DNA of 64,000 bases from Oikopleura dioica (Eukaryota > Animalia > Chordata): assembly GCA_907165135.1 (NCBI GenBank), contig OU015570.1, positions 2,315,929-2,379,928 on the forward strand, written 5' to 3'. The first letter of the stretch is position 1, and each line of letters begins with the position of its first letter. A model generated the notes under the pieces. That model had not been told where the DNA came from. It ran no database searches and was given only the letters and a program-made list of their open reading frames with translations. Positions 1-13,870 of this stretch are shown here, one piece after another. The position numbers were made by a program, and so were the translations under genes.

Positions 1-739
1 TGAGTCATCTTTATCACTTGGCTCTTTATGATCTATATGACTCCTTACCATCTTTTTATTCTTCTGAGCAGGAATGATCTCATCTCTATCAAAAAGGAGC
101 GGTTGATCTGTATGAGAGTAAACTTTAGACTTAATCTAGACTTCGTCTTTCAGGACTTTCCCTTGTGATTCAGCTACCTCATCTTCCTCGATAAATTCTG
201 TTTTGTTTAAGGCAGTCTTTCGTTTGAGCGACTGATATGACGCCGATATTCTTTTTCGTAAATGGACATTTGAGTTCGTGATTTATTTGCAGAAGCAAGT
301 TGGCTTAACGTTTTCGGAAGAGAATTTTCATCATCAGAGCCTTGCCTTGAAATCACTTGAGCATCTTTTTAACGCATACAAACTAACTTTTTCTTGTGAA
401 ACTGCAGAACTGATCAAAATCCGAAAACAACCCCTATCCCAACCAATATTCTAGAGATGTTCGAAAATTAGAATTCAAAAGTTAATTGAATCAGAGGCTC
501 CAATACGCCTTTAATTTTGCCTCTGAATGGTATCACAATATATAAATCTTTCGATGCTTGCCGATTAAGATTAGGGTTATTTAGAGATATTTCTAATCCT
601 TCGACTTGTTTTCTCTTGTCGTAGGATCAGTTTTTGTTCAATACAGTAAACATTGAACTGAGGTACTCAAACCGAGATCAAAAATTATTTTCCTCATCAT
701 TAAAGGCGTATTGGAGCCTCTGATTCAATTTACTTTTAA

Positions 740-1482
740 GGGTAGAACATGAAATCGGCGCGCGGCGCCTCGCTCGCCCAGCGCCCCGCCGTGCCCTACT
801 TTTCAGAATGCCCTAAAATCAGAACGGATAAAGCTTTTTCAAAAATTTTTCGGATTTCAGATTATCAAAGCCTTTATTTTTCACAGATAAAAAATGAGCA
901 GAATCGTCAAAGAATAAGTCGGAGAAAATGACATGAGTTGGTTAAACTCTATCTCCTCTCGCAATTCTTATCAGATTTTTCAAATTTAGATAGGTCGAAA
1001 GTGCTCCGTTAGACCTAAAATTTCGTAGTCTCAGAATTAATTTTGAAGCTTTATGGAATTTTATATGAGCTTTTGAAATGAGAGCTGCACCGTCGAGAGG
1101 CGCGCAGCGCGAGAGAAGAAGCGGCGCGGCGTGAGAGCACTTGTTTTGAGAAGCCGTGTGGAACTTTAGGGAGGTTCAAAATTAATTCTGAGACTACGAA
1201 ATTTTAGGTCTAACGGAGCACTTTCGATCTATCTAAATTTGTAAAAATATGATAAGAATTGCGAGAGGAGATAGAGTTTAACCAACTCATGTCATTTTCT
1301 CCGACTTATTCTTTGACGATTCTGCTCATTTTTGATCTGTGAAAAGTTAAGGCTTTGATAATCTTAAATCCGAAAAATTTTTGAAAAGCTTTATCCGTTC
1401 TGATTTTAGGGCATTCTGAAAAGTAGGGCACGGCGGGGCGCTGGGCGAGCGAGGCGCCGCGCGCCGATTTCATGTTCTACCC
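740..1482. mobile_element. Foldback MITE with about 310-bp arms, TTAA-flanked
   Basis: TTAA|GGGTAGAACATGAAATCGG ... CCGATTTCATGTTCTACCC|TTAA. Confidence 0.9.
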
Positions 1483-1486
1483 TTAA

Positions 1487-2446
1487 GGGATCGCCCCCGT
1501 TTTGGCCATTTTCAACTGGAAATTCAGCCGATTTGGGCTGATGAATTGGGGCGTATAATAGCTCTACGGATAGCCCAGGTGCTATCCGCTATTCTCTACT
1601 ACAGAGAAGTTTTTGCTCAAGGCAAACCTTCCACTAGGAGGCGTCAAAATTCGAAAATTTCGAAAAAAGGGTAACCGGTGAAAATAATTCGTTGGAACGA
1701 ATCATTCGTTAGAAAAACGAATAATTCGTTATATTACGAGCCAAAATCCTATAAAATCCCAATCTATATGCGCTCCGCGCCTGATTTGATAGAGAAACTC
1801 ATTTTTGAGGATGTTATCTTTCTACCTTACCGCGCAGACAGTCAGTAAAAAACATTTTTTATCCGAGGGTAACGAATTATTCGTTGCAACGAATTATTTT
1901 CACCGGCGACGCATTTAAAGCCATTTTTGACTCGAAATTCAGCAAATTTGGGCTTAGATAAACACGATCTGAAAAAGATTTAGATAGAATAACGCCTAAA
2001 CTTATCTAAAACTTTATCTTAAACTTATCTAAACTTATCCTAAACTTTATCTCTAGTACAGAGAACTGATTTGGTCAAGTAATAAAAAGTTTTCTTAAGA
2101 ACAACCAAATTTACCCATTTTTTGCTTTTTAAGTGTTTTTTGCTCTCTAGCGCCAACATAAGGCTGATATCTCCAGTGCGGTTATAATATTGTTTATCGG
2201 TGCGTTCTAAGCTTTCGATAGACCCCTTATATGTCTTATTTCGATGACATTGAAAAACCGAAAAAATTCGATTTTTACGCAAAGTACAATTTACATGCAT
2301 TTTTGAAATTTTCGAATGCTAATATTTCGAGGAAATATGTTTGTAAAGGGGTCATATGATACATCAAAATAATCCTCAGAACACGAGGAATCTGAAAATA
2401 TCAAATACAGACTTTTATGAAGCACTTGAAAAAACAGGGGGATCCC
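1487..2446. mobile_element. TTAA-flanked MITE sharing a target site with the preceding element
   Basis: TTAA|GGGATCGCCCCC ... GGGGGATCCC|TTAA. Confidence 0.7.
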
Positions 2447-5253
2447 TTAAATTCTTATTTTCGAACATCTCTAGAATATTGGTTGGGATAGGGGTTGTTT
2501 TCGGATTTTGATCAGTTGCTCAAGTGATTTCAAGGCAAGGCTCTGATGATGGAAATTCTCTTCCGAAAACGTTAAGCCAATTTGCTTCTGCAAATAAATC
2601 ACGAACTCATTTATCTTCACTGATGTCAACATTTATCAAATGGACATTTGATTATGTAGCTGTCCTTTGATAGTCGCCGGTGAACTTTGAATGGACCTGA
2701 CCAGTGAATTTAAAGTTTTCGAGAGTATAAGTCTGGTTTCAAACAGAGAACGGAAGTGCCAATTTCGAGAACAGGGCAATCATTTTTGTCTCTTAGAAGG
2801 AGTTTTAGGTATCTTTGAACCTAGAAGTTAAGTATCGCAGGATGGAGTTTCTTCATGTATTCATTCAGAGCAGTACTGAATGGTTTGGAGTTTTCAACAC
2901 TTAGATCTTTAAGAGAAGCCGGACGGTGCCGGTACAGTTTTTATGGAATTTTTGGACATCGAATTTTTGGACATTTTTGCTATTTTAAGGGGTTTTCTTA
3001 GGACACTTTTCAAAAGTGCCCGTATCAAATTTTGGACATTTTCTGCGCCTAATTTTTAAATTTTCTGTTTTTTTGCCAGATATGAAGTTTTTCTTATTAA
3101 AAATCTTACTTTTTCTTTGAGAAAAATAAGATTGAAGGTTGATCTCGTACCATTAAAACATTTTTTGTCTTTAGAAGAAGGATTAAACAAGGAGATTTTT
3201 CTCAAAAAATTTTTTAAGCGATTTGGATGGGACATTTTTTGGCCGCGTGTATCAAATTTTTGGACATTTTTGCGAAAATCTTGGGACAAAAAATGTCCAA
3301 AAATTCCATAATTAACTGTACCAAATTGGTACCCAGTACAAAAATTGGTACACGGTACCAAAGTCAAGCATATTTTCTCACTCATAAAAATAAAAGTGTC
3401 CGCTCCGCGGCTGAACTGCAAGGAGACTTCATTTATTGACTAAATACTTTTTAAAATCAATTTTGGCTGGGTGTCCTGACATTTTTTGGTACCGGGTACC
3501 AGAAAATTGGTACCTGGTACCAATTTTTGATTGGTACCGGCAACGTCCGCTCCCGTTTTTGAGCGTAAATTGAATGTGAAATTGTCTCCCGAAGACAGCT
3601 TGATTACTTGAGATTCCATCGAGGCTTCCTTTTGGCATGTTATTAAGATATAAATGAGCAAACGGCCAGTAATCAGACCATGAGCGGTTTGTTTCGAGTA
3701 GGACCTTGAGTTTTTGATGTAGATCGCGATGAGTTCGTTCAACTTTACCATTCGTTTAACTGTGATATGGACTTACTTTGATGTGAACGTCCGAAATTTT
3801 GAGGAAAGGTTCAAGTTCAAGGGACAAACAATGCCGACGCTGAGAAGCCATTGACTACAAAATGGCCGGATTTTAAGAGAATGAAAAAATAACCGAAGGT
3901 TTGATTTAAATGGCGCATTCAGTTTTTACAATTCATACTTGGTTCGTGCGGGAAATTTCTGATAAGGCCCTTCGCCTTTCATTTTTGATTCCCATGATTC
4001 AGTCCCTTACTTCAGAAATAGAAAAATTTAAGCGTCATCCAACTTAGTCGGAGAATCACCCAACTTAAGGCCACTTTTCAAATTAGCTGTCATCCAAAAA
4101 GTGGCCTTAAGTTGGGGTTTCCCTGTAATCAGCTTTTCTTTAAGTGAAACTTTGGGATTTTGAATGTCAATTGAAAAAAGTGGGCTTAAAATGGTTTTTT
4201 CTGGGATGACAGATTTTGGGGATTTTCCGAAAAAATGGCTTTAAAAGGGTCGGCCTTAACAGTGCTTTACACGCGCATCCTCACGACACAATTTTATTTC
4301 ATTGCGAACGGCGTTCGCAAAATTGAGCATGCCGATGCTCAACCGTGCTCAAGCTCCGCCAAAATTTAAGGTCTCTGTCCTTAGCCGTGCTCATGCCAAA
4401 ATTTATGACTTTTCAAACCCTAGCTACAGTCGGTATGACTTATTTTCGACCGTAGATTGCAACGGTTACAATTGACGCGAACCCCCAATCAGTAGGAACC
4501 CTTATTTTCGAAAAACTGTGGATTTTTAGCAAAGTGGTCGATTCGGGAAACGGTCGGTTACAATACCAATTGGGGTTCCAATACCAATTTTGGTATTTCA
4601 ATACCAAAGTCGGCAGAAAATGCCAATTTTTCAAAATTAAAAGTCGGGTGTGCGCTTCGCGCCTGTATTATACGATATTTTAGAAGTTTTTAATAATTTC
4701 TCGGGCAAAAAATCCAAATTGTCTAAAAAATTTGGTATTGGAATACCAAATTTTTGTATTGGAATACCAAAAAGCTTTGGTATTGTAACCGACCGTTCCC
4801 GGTCAATTCCACAGATTTCAGCGAAATCGACCAAAAAAATCTGCGGAATGGACTATACCTATTTTATTCAAGCCCAATCGAAAAAATTGTAATTGAAATT
4901 TTTTGTTTGGATCACGTGATCGCGGGTAACCGACCCTCGAAAAGCTAGAAAAGCTTGCCGTGCTTGATTCCCTTATGGCATCATCTTCTCGTGAGGCTTG
5001 AAAGAAAGGTCTTAAGGTTCTAGTGGCTCAATTGAAAAAATTCTGGTGCCGTCTTTACAGGAGACGCTAGCAGTGTTTGAAAAATGGTGAGCGCGAGCCA
5101 CAAGCAAGCGCGAGCGAATGAGGTAGCGCTCATGCTCACTCACTCATGTGATTTCGAGAACTCTATGCTCGCGCTCGCTCACTCACCATAAAATTCAAAG
5201 GTCCCTGCTTGCGCACACTCGCGCTCGCTCACAGTAAATCCACCCGGTTGTAG

Positions 5254-5992
5254 GCGGTCACCTGGGTTTACAAACCCAGAGTCTCAAAAGTATCGAGTTT
5301 GGGATTTCTAATCCCAGGAGGTAAAATTCTTGAGTCTTGGTTTTCAAAACCCAGGCTCGCCACTTCTCCGAGCCTGGGATGGTCAAACCCAGGTTGCCGC
5401 GTTTTATCAATAAGTTGAGCCTGGGTTTCTTGTTGCTCGATAAAACAAGTTTCTAGGGTCCACAAGCTGTCTTTGTATATGGTAAACTCTCAGAAAAGCT
5501 TCAGAGTATAAGAAAAAAACCGATTCGGCAGTAGAAAATTATTAAATCTAATTGCCCCTTGCGACGGGGCTTCGCCCCTTAGGCCCTAAGATGCCGGGGT
5601 CTAGTCTATTCGGTAACCCTAACGAACCCTAGCCTATCCCCCTCGGGTAAGACTGTTCCGTCATTTTGCCCAGTGCCCCTAACACTAACCTCAAGTTATA
5701 GAAAGTAGTTAAAACTAAAAATGTTTTTATCTTTAAAGTAGGTGTTGAGCAGGACTGGTTATAATTTTGTCTTATTTTATTTCTAGACGACGTGGAAATT
5801 GTGTTGGTTCGAGCAAAAAACCCAGGCTCAACTTACTGATAAAATGCGGTGACCTGGGTTCGGCAAACCCAGGCTCAAAAAATTGGCGAGCCTGGGTTTT
5901 GAAAATCCCAGACTGAAGAATTGGACGATCTGGGACTGGTAATCCCAAACTGGGCATTTTGAGACTCTGGGTTTAAAAACCCAGGTGACCGC
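5254..5992. mobile_element. Foldback MITE
   Basis: GCGGTCACCTGGGTTT / AAACCCAGGTGACCGC ends, about 200-bp arms with CCCAGG subrepeats. Confidence 0.8.
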
Positions 5993-6968
5993 ATACCACC
6001 ATCCACCCTCAAGACTAAGTCAATAATTATGAAATCTGGATATTATGTTTTAATGGGTTTTGTTACCCGGTGACGCTAAGTAAGAAGACGGCGACGGGAA
6101 GCCAAGAATTCATAAATTTGTACTTTACTGTAGGATCCAGTCCTGAGGTACAGAAATGGGGCAGCAGAGAGAGAGACCTATTAGTAACCGGTCAAGCAAG
6201 TGTCACATGGGAAATTGGCGGAGCGGGAGGTATTTGATAGAACTATGCATGTGAGTGTACACTCACCCATAAAGGGAAGAACGATGAGTGACAGTTCTAG
6301 CGCAAAGTGAAAAACAGGAATAATTTAAATTTTAATATCAATCGGTGTGGGTGGGGTTGGGGACGTAACTGAGATTGATCAACTCAGAGTTCCAAACCTC
6401 TGTAAAGCTCCTTAAAATTAAAAATCAAGGAACGGGGCTGAAACGGGCCGAAGAAAATATAATGATAATAAAATAATGAAGTAAAATAATGATTCTTTGT
6501 ACCGCTGGTACGTTATGTGAACCCGGGCCCGGTGTGCAAATTTTCTTTTTAACCGCGGCCGCCCGCCCCTTATTAAAACATATTTTAAGTATTAAATCAC
6601 CTTAAATTCATAAGTATTGTTAATTTTTTGAAGCTAAAGCGAAGCATTCAAAGCAATCATTCTCTAGAAATACTAAAAGACATTTCGTTTGCGACTTATC
6701 ATGCAGACATTGAAACAGTTTGTGCAGGTTTGATAATAAATTTTTCGTTTAAAGGGAAGATAAACAGTGCAACCCTTACTGAAATCTTAAACTCGGGAAT
6801 CAATATAAGTAGGGCCCTCGCTCAAAAAATAATTTTTTCAATATTGCTTTTTAGGTCTTTTCATCAATATAAAAGAGAAAGTCTATATCTAGGGGGTCCA
6901 CCGTGGGAAAATTCCGTGAAATTCAACCTTCTAAAACATGAAAAACAATTGATGGAATGAGTTCCTTA

Positions 6969-7542
6969 GACGCGCTTTTTTACGGTTGGATTCTTATAAC
7001 TTTTGATAGAGCTAACCATATCTGAAGTTTTGGGATCAAAATGATTCTCTCGAAAAACTTTAATTTTCCAATGCATTAGATTTTGAAAATTAAGTACCAA
7101 TTTTCCGGAAATGATTTCAGGTACTCCAAAATATTTTAAGATCGGGACGAAACTAGTACCAAAAGATCGCCAGAAAATTTCATGAAGAATGATACCCAAC
7201 TTGCTTCTTTTCGAACATGTCCTTACAAAATAGACGGTTATCGGATTTCAGTACTTTTGGGTATCTTGAGCTATTGATAAAATGCTCAAAAAGATAGATA
7301 ATAGTCTGGTTATAGTATCAATCTTCATGAAATTTTCTGGCGATCTTTTGGTACTAGTTTCACCCCGATCGAACAACATTTAGGGGTACCTAAAATCACT
7401 TCCGGAAAATTGGTACCTAATTTTCGAAATCTAATGCACTGGAAAATTTTTATTTTTAGAGAGGAGCATTTTGAGCCCAAAAACTCCAGGTTTGGTTAAC
7501 TCTATCAAAAGTTATAAAATCCAACCGTAAAAAAAGCGCGTC
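6969..7542. mobile_element. Foldback MITE with a TTA TSD (PIF/Harbinger-type)
   Basis: TTA|GACGCGC...GCGCGTC|TTA with about 230-bp imperfect arms. Confidence 0.8.
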
Positions 7543-7590
7543 TTAGATGATGAGGATCATTCTTTTTCATTATGGCAACCCACAGATAAG

Positions 7591-8304
7591 TTTCGAAAAA
7601 TGTTTTCAGACCAAAAATCATTTTTAACTGTTAGTGCCATCTTCACCGCCGTCTCAAACCGAGTCGAATGGTATATGTATCGCTTGAAAATTCTAGAGTT
7701 TCGGGTACTTCCGGTCAGATTTACGAAATTCTAGTATTCTACTGCCGTTTTTGATACAGAAATGGTACTATGGCATATAGCATGTCAAAATGACCGCTAG
7801 GACGTGAGGAGTGCAGGGGTCTCAAAAAAGTACTTTTGCAAAGAAAAGTACCTAAAAATAATTATTTTGTGATTTTTAGCACTAAAAATATCGAATTTCA
7901 CGGAATTTTCGATTTAAATGTAGTTTTCTTTGTAGATTTATTTTAAAGAGATAAAACTTGATTATCCATCTGCTTTCTGCCCGAAAAAATTAATAATTGA
8001 TATTTTTAGTGCTAAAAATCACAAAATAATTATTTTTAGGTACTTTTCTTTGCAAAAATACTTATTTTTTGAGACCCTTGCACTCCTCACGTCCTAGCGG
8101 TCATTTTGACATGCTTTATGCCATAGTACCATCTCTGTATCAAAAACGGCAGTGGAATACTAGAATTTCGTAAATCTGACCGGAAGTACCCAAAACTCTA
8201 AAATTTTCAAGCGATACATATACCGTTCGACTCGGTTTGAGACGGCGGTGAAGATGGCACTTACAGTTAAAAAGTGATTTTTGGCCTGAAAACATTTTTC
8301 GAAA
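7591..8304. mobile_element. Foldback element with about 300-bp arms
   Basis: 7591-7890 is the reverse complement of about 7995-8304. Confidence 0.85.
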
Positions 8305-10659
8305 ATCATCCCAAAATTCCTATTTCATCCCTTTAATTTTAAGGCTTAAAATTCAATTTTTGCTCGAGCTAGCACTTTTTGCGTTTTAAAAGTTCCAAAA
8401 GACTCCAACTTGAAACCATAAGAATTGTAATCTACAGAAAAAATTCTATTTTCTGATAGGTGAATCGTATTGTGCACTCGTATTGTGCGAAAAATTCAAG
8501 AGCCAATTCTTTCTCCAAAATCGCTTCTCTGTCCAATCTGAGGTGTTCGATTCCCGACGATGACACTTTTTTTTACTCTTTTTTTTATGTTATTACGGTC
8601 CAGAATAATAATCTTTTGAATAAAATACACGTCTCGTGATCAGAGGGGGCTCTGGTTTTTATTTAAAATGGGCTTGACAAAGGAAGTCGTTCTTTGACTT
8701 TTGACTTGGTAACCAAGTCTTGGTTGATGATTTCATGAGTTTTGTCCCCAACCCCACCCGCTCCCTTAGTTCTGAAATCCTTATTATTTCGTATTATTAG
8801 CATTTTCTGGTTTTAATATTTTTCGGAAGGAGGAAATTTGCTAGCTAATAAATTTTGATAGAAAAATTCAAAATTTTTTCATTTTCTGTTTTTTGGTCTG
8901 ATCGCTCAGGATAGATCCTTAGAGCTTTTTATGATCATTATTATGATCAGAGATCATCAGCGATCAAATTCATGCGACAAAACCCTATCTACGTGAAAGT
9001 TGAGAAAAATCATATTTTGACCCCATGTGACCTCACCTGACCTTTGATGACACCAAGTCACATGTCAAAATGATCAGTGGATCATAGGCTTTCTATCGAT
9101 GTGTCATAAAGATCTCAAAGAACTGAGTAAAACAAGCTAAATTTCAACCTAATATGAAAAGTGGTTAACGAGTTATGAACAGAGTTCCAAAAACGCAAAA
9201 TTTTCGCGTGCACGTGCGTGCGCGTGCAGAGAAATTCAAAATTTCGCGTGCGCGTGCGTGCGCGTGCAGAGGCAGTTTTCGAACAAGCGTGCGCACGCGT
9301 GCATGATCGTGCGCGTGCAAAAACTTATAGATAAATAAAATTTATCATACGAAATAAAAGTTTTTTAGGGAAATTTGTTGAGATAGTCAAAAACGGCTTC
9401 GTACTGATGATACTGTCTGAGTTGCACAACTCGTTCGCAAGTTATTCGGTTTCGTTTTGGGTCTCGGTGATATTGTGATGTACCGCTTAACTCCCGCTCC
9501 AACTGGCTTGTACTTCCGGGCAGGCGAGAATCTATATTTTTATTTTTATGCCTTCACATGAAAATTTTTTATACCGTTAATGCAAGTCGTCGGAGCCGAG
9601 GAAACTTAGACGAAACTTTGTGATCATTCCAAAATGCTCGCATTGTCGTAGATGCATTGTAAACATCGTTTTTGTCCACGTCACCATTTTTTGTGTGCTT
9701 TTCCACTCACCTTGAATTATTTTTTCATATCTTAAATAAAAATTATAAGTGAAGTAAAGGAGTTTATTGCAGATCGATTTCGGTCAAAGGACCATCTTCA
9801 GTGCAGAGAATTAAACTATCTGAAAAAGTAAACCAAACATAACTACCTACCGTCTCGGAGTTGCGGACGAACTAGTATTCCTTGAATAAAAATAACTGAT
9901 GCTCTCTAGTGTTCTAGAGATAAACGATCATTTGGGAGTTTTTGTGATTTTCAGAGGCACCAAATTGGTTTCAGTAATTGCCTCTGAATACGTAAACAAA
10001 AATAATATCAAGGGATTTGTGTTTTACTTGCTTGTTTAGTCGTGGTCCCCTTAAGCGAATCTCTAAAGCCTCAAATTGTACTCGCGTTTTATATTCAAAA
10101 TTTGAATGTAAGACTTTGAATTTCTCGCGAAGAAATGCGAATCGATTCTCAAAATTATCAATTCGCCGTAAGTCATCAAATCTTGACTTAAACTATTCGC
10201 AAAAAGACGTATGGCTTTAGATTGCTGTAGATTTACTCGGTTGTTGATGATCAATGCATCTATTACGTTAATTTTCGCATTTGCCTATATATCTTACTCC
10301 ACAACAACAAGTAAATAAATAAACACAGTTAAGGGCGTTCTTTTGTTCTGTTTTGGGCATCAGATGAGATATAAGTAGGTTTCTTATCGATAGGCAGCGG
10401 TGGGCAAAATGGATATTGAAATAAGGTAAAAATTTATTAATGAGTTTGCGTAATTCTCGAGTTATTTTTTGAACCCGATGGGAAGTATAAGGGATGCGTA
10501 AGGTAAAATTATTCGATGGGTTTACACGTTTGTCTTTTTCCCAATCCGTTTTTCTATCACTACCATTTTGAACCCGATCAATCGCCGCATTAACTACTTT
10601 TTCGGGATAACCTTGGCTGCTGTATTTTTCGGATATTGCAATAATTTCAGATTTAAGAT

Positions 10660-13621
10660 TATAGGGATTTACTGTCTTTATATCCCGATCAATCGGGTTG
10701 CCACTTGAGTCTTAGTCGCTCGAGCTTGGCGAGGCGCTCCTCAAGTGCACTCGAGCCCAGTACATAAAGAGCTGTACCCCACCCGGAAAATCAGAACAGC
10801 TTGAAAAGACTCAATGGGCATAAGCTTATACAAGACTTATATTACTGTTCCAATAAACTCTGAGAATTTATATAGAGTCATTCTTTGACAATCAGATAGA
10901 GATAGTAAATCTCTACAATGGTGTCAGAAGTGTTTAAGAACAGCGACTCTAAAAACTGCTGCGCATAAACGACGCAGACAGGTAAGCACAATAGGTGCCC
11001 GATTAAAAATCGAAAGAAATGACCAGCATAAGCAAGACTGGCACGGAAACCAACTAGTCCGCATTGTCGCGATCACCCAACGACCAGCCAAATGCTGAGC
11101 AAGCGCATTATTATGCCGATATTGGTGCGAGAGTTAAGTCTTTGAAACTGACACTCAAACCGTAGAAACAACAACAGCGACTCTATAAACTGCTGCGCAC
11201 AAAACGACGCAGACAGGTGAGCACAATAGGTGCCCGAATTCAAATCGAAAGAAATGATCAGATAAATACTGGCAGGTACAACAACGAGCAAATGACTCGG
11301 CAGATCGCTGCGCATCAATGACGCAGACGAGAAAAGCACGGAATGTGCTCGATATGGTAATCGAAAAGACAAGACCAGCGCAAGACTGGCACACTATTTA
11401 AATGATCCACAATCGCGAGATCAAGAAGCGACCAGCCGTAAGCTGAGCATAGGCAAAATTTGAAAAAAGCCGTGCGAGGGTTAAGTCTTTGACACTGACC
11501 CACAAACGAGACCGAACAAACAGATTACGCTGAAATAAGGATGTTAATCAACTAACGGCTTATTTCAGAGCAAAAATGCTTGGAAAAAGATCACTACTGG
11601 CAGGTACAAACACGAGCCTGCGACTCGCCAAATAGCTGCGCATCAATGACGCAGACTGGTTAAGCACGGTAAAGTGCTCGGTTAATAGAAATCGAAAGAA
11701 TAACCAGATAAATACTGGAATGAACCACAACGAGACAACGACTCGATTAACTGATGCGCATAGAATGACGTACACAGGTAAAGCATCTGAACTGCTCGAA
11801 AAAAAAACCAGAGAAATGACCAGATCACTACTGGCATTAATTAAATGACATTGATGGGTTAAGCATACAAAGTGCTCGATTAGAAGGAAATCGGAAAAGA
11901 GACCAGCGTAAGACTGGCATGTACAATTAGTCCGCATTGTCGTGATTATATAGCGACTAATGATATGAATCAATATTATCTCGAGTTTAAATTGATCGAA
12001 GGGAGCAATATTCTTAATATCGACAAGTCGAATAAACGGCGAATAGATATAACACGTATCCCTTAAATTTCCGGTGTCCCTGTATGTGTCTTTGGTTAAT
12101 TAATTAACCGCAGCGAGTTGTAAACTGCAACAGATTTTTATACCTCTAACGACTCCCTTGAAAATTCAAATGACGATCCCGGCCAGGTCGTTCATTAGGA
12201 TAGCCAATATATAGGCCTTAATATTGGCATGGTAGTGGAAAGATGCTCCCTAGTCTTCTTGTGGACACCAAAAAGGAGAAGTCACGGGAAGAACACACCC
12301 GAAATAAATCATTCAAATTTCGAGATAAAAGTTTCAAGCTGGTAGACCTTATAACGGTTCTGCCAAGAGAATATGGAGTAAAGATCTACTTTCTGGCAAT
12401 ATGATTATTTATCGTTCTATTGGAATCTTCAAATCCAATGACGAGTCCCCAAATAATCAAGGTAGAAAACAATGCGCATTTGTGGTACTGTAGTGTGAAT
12501 AGTAGGCTACAGTAGAATTAAAGCCCGTAGTAAAATAAAAACCTACGTTGATGAAAAAAGCCAGTTGATGAAAAAAGTAGATATCTAGAGCTCACCCCTG
12601 GGGAGAGGGCGCATAACGTCGAACTAGTTCTAGAATACTCTAAACTTACAAACAGATAATTGACGCCGCAACAAAAGGTATCAGCTCCACTTTCAAAATA
12701 ATTCTATAATTGAATTCTTTATTGAAAGGTTTTGTCAAAATTTTTGACTTAAGAAGCGTCCTAAAAACTTACTCTAAATTAAAGAGTCAATGTTGTCGCA
12801 CAAGTCTCGTTTGTTCCAGAAAAGGATCATTGAAAAATGACTGTCCGAAAAGAATTTAAACAACGAAGAAGCGTAACAAAAAGAGCAACGCTGTTTCCAA
12901 TTGATAATTGATAACCAATTATCCAATTCCATAAATTCATAAATCGTTATGAAATTATATGCAAAAGTGCTAGAGTACGAAAGAAAATACCAAATGAAAA
13001 AGTGAGAATGAGCAGATGAGACACTCGCCATTGATCCGAAAGGATAATTCTATTGAAAAAAAAAACTTTAGGAGTGAAAGAACCGAAAATGGAAGATTAT
13101 TTAACTTCCCGAAAAACATAACCAAAATCGAAAATCGTATTAAATAAGCCATTGTGAATGAGCGAAATAAGATTTCTGCTCCCGCGAAATATATGTAGGA
13201 CTGTCAATCTTGACAGCAGACAGCCTTCGTACGAAAAGCGCACAGAATAAAAATATATCTGCCCGCGCAAGAGGGAAGGGATAATGAGAAGACGATCGAC
13301 ACAAGAGCACCTGCAGACTGTTAAAAAAATGGAAGTGCATAATTTAGCTGATAACCAACGAATATCATACAATATTTGACCTGAAATGCAAAATCGACCA
13401 TCTTCAATCGTTAATCACAAACCTAAATATTCAACTCCAAAATTGGCCGCCTATCTCTTTGAGTTTTCACAAGAAAAAAAAATCTCGGCAGCTCATAAGC
13501 ATTTCTGTTCAAAATGGATTATTGTTGTTCACACATCCGCTATCTGCGTTGCCGGAGAGGGGGAAAAGTATAGGGATTTACTGTCTTTATATCCCGATCA
13601 ATCGGGTTGCCACTTGAGTCT
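10660..13621 (+). mobile_element. Degenerate, non-autonomous LTR retroelement with a tRNA-Leu-type PBS
   Basis: 5' LTR 10660-10917 (TATAGGGATTTAC...GTAAATCTCTACA), PBS TGGTGTCAGAAGTG at 10919, PPT GGAGAGGGGGAAAAG before a 53-nt truncated 3' LTR at 13569-13621. No intact gag or pol. Confidence 0.85.
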
Positions 13622-13870
13622 AATAAATCCACGTTTCATATTTGCAGGCGCGCAATCATCTAGATAATGTATTGGAACCGTACGCTTTTGAAAACTACGT
13701 ATCTCAAGAGTGCCGCAGCAGTGGGGAGCACTACTGCTAGTGGGAGAAACAAAGAGCTCAAAGTCCAAAAATTTTAATTTTGTTTCGATTGGATATTCGA
13801 CCGTAACTTTAATTTTTTCATTTAAATTTTGAAAAACGTTTAAAATTTCATCTAAATGTCCTTTTTTATA

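Larger units (their letters stand above)
271..2609. mobile_element. Long-TIR element (about 200-bp TIRs) containing nested MITEs
   Basis: 271-475 is the reverse complement of 2451-2609 (with a 45-nt indel). Direct repeat AAATGGACATTT at 260-271 and 2638-2649. Confidence 0.75.
1..3800 (-). mobile_element. Fragments of a second Tor-like integrase/3' region (1-270, 2638-2910, 3560-3800) separated by DNA-element insertions
   Basis: Collinear with 17400-18230 (e.g. MPKGSLDGISSN, KVERTHRDL-encoding DNA). Confidence 0.8.

Noticed and set aside
6061-6293. Possible solo LTR (TGTTAC...GTGACA)
   Set aside because: The flanks (GTTT vs GTTC) do not give a clean TSD and there is no second copy in the window.
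11073-13372. Hydrophobic multi-TM-looking ORFs on the minus strand
   Set aside because: They are the complement of the A-rich plus strand of the LTR element and its leader repeats; there is no coherent protein.
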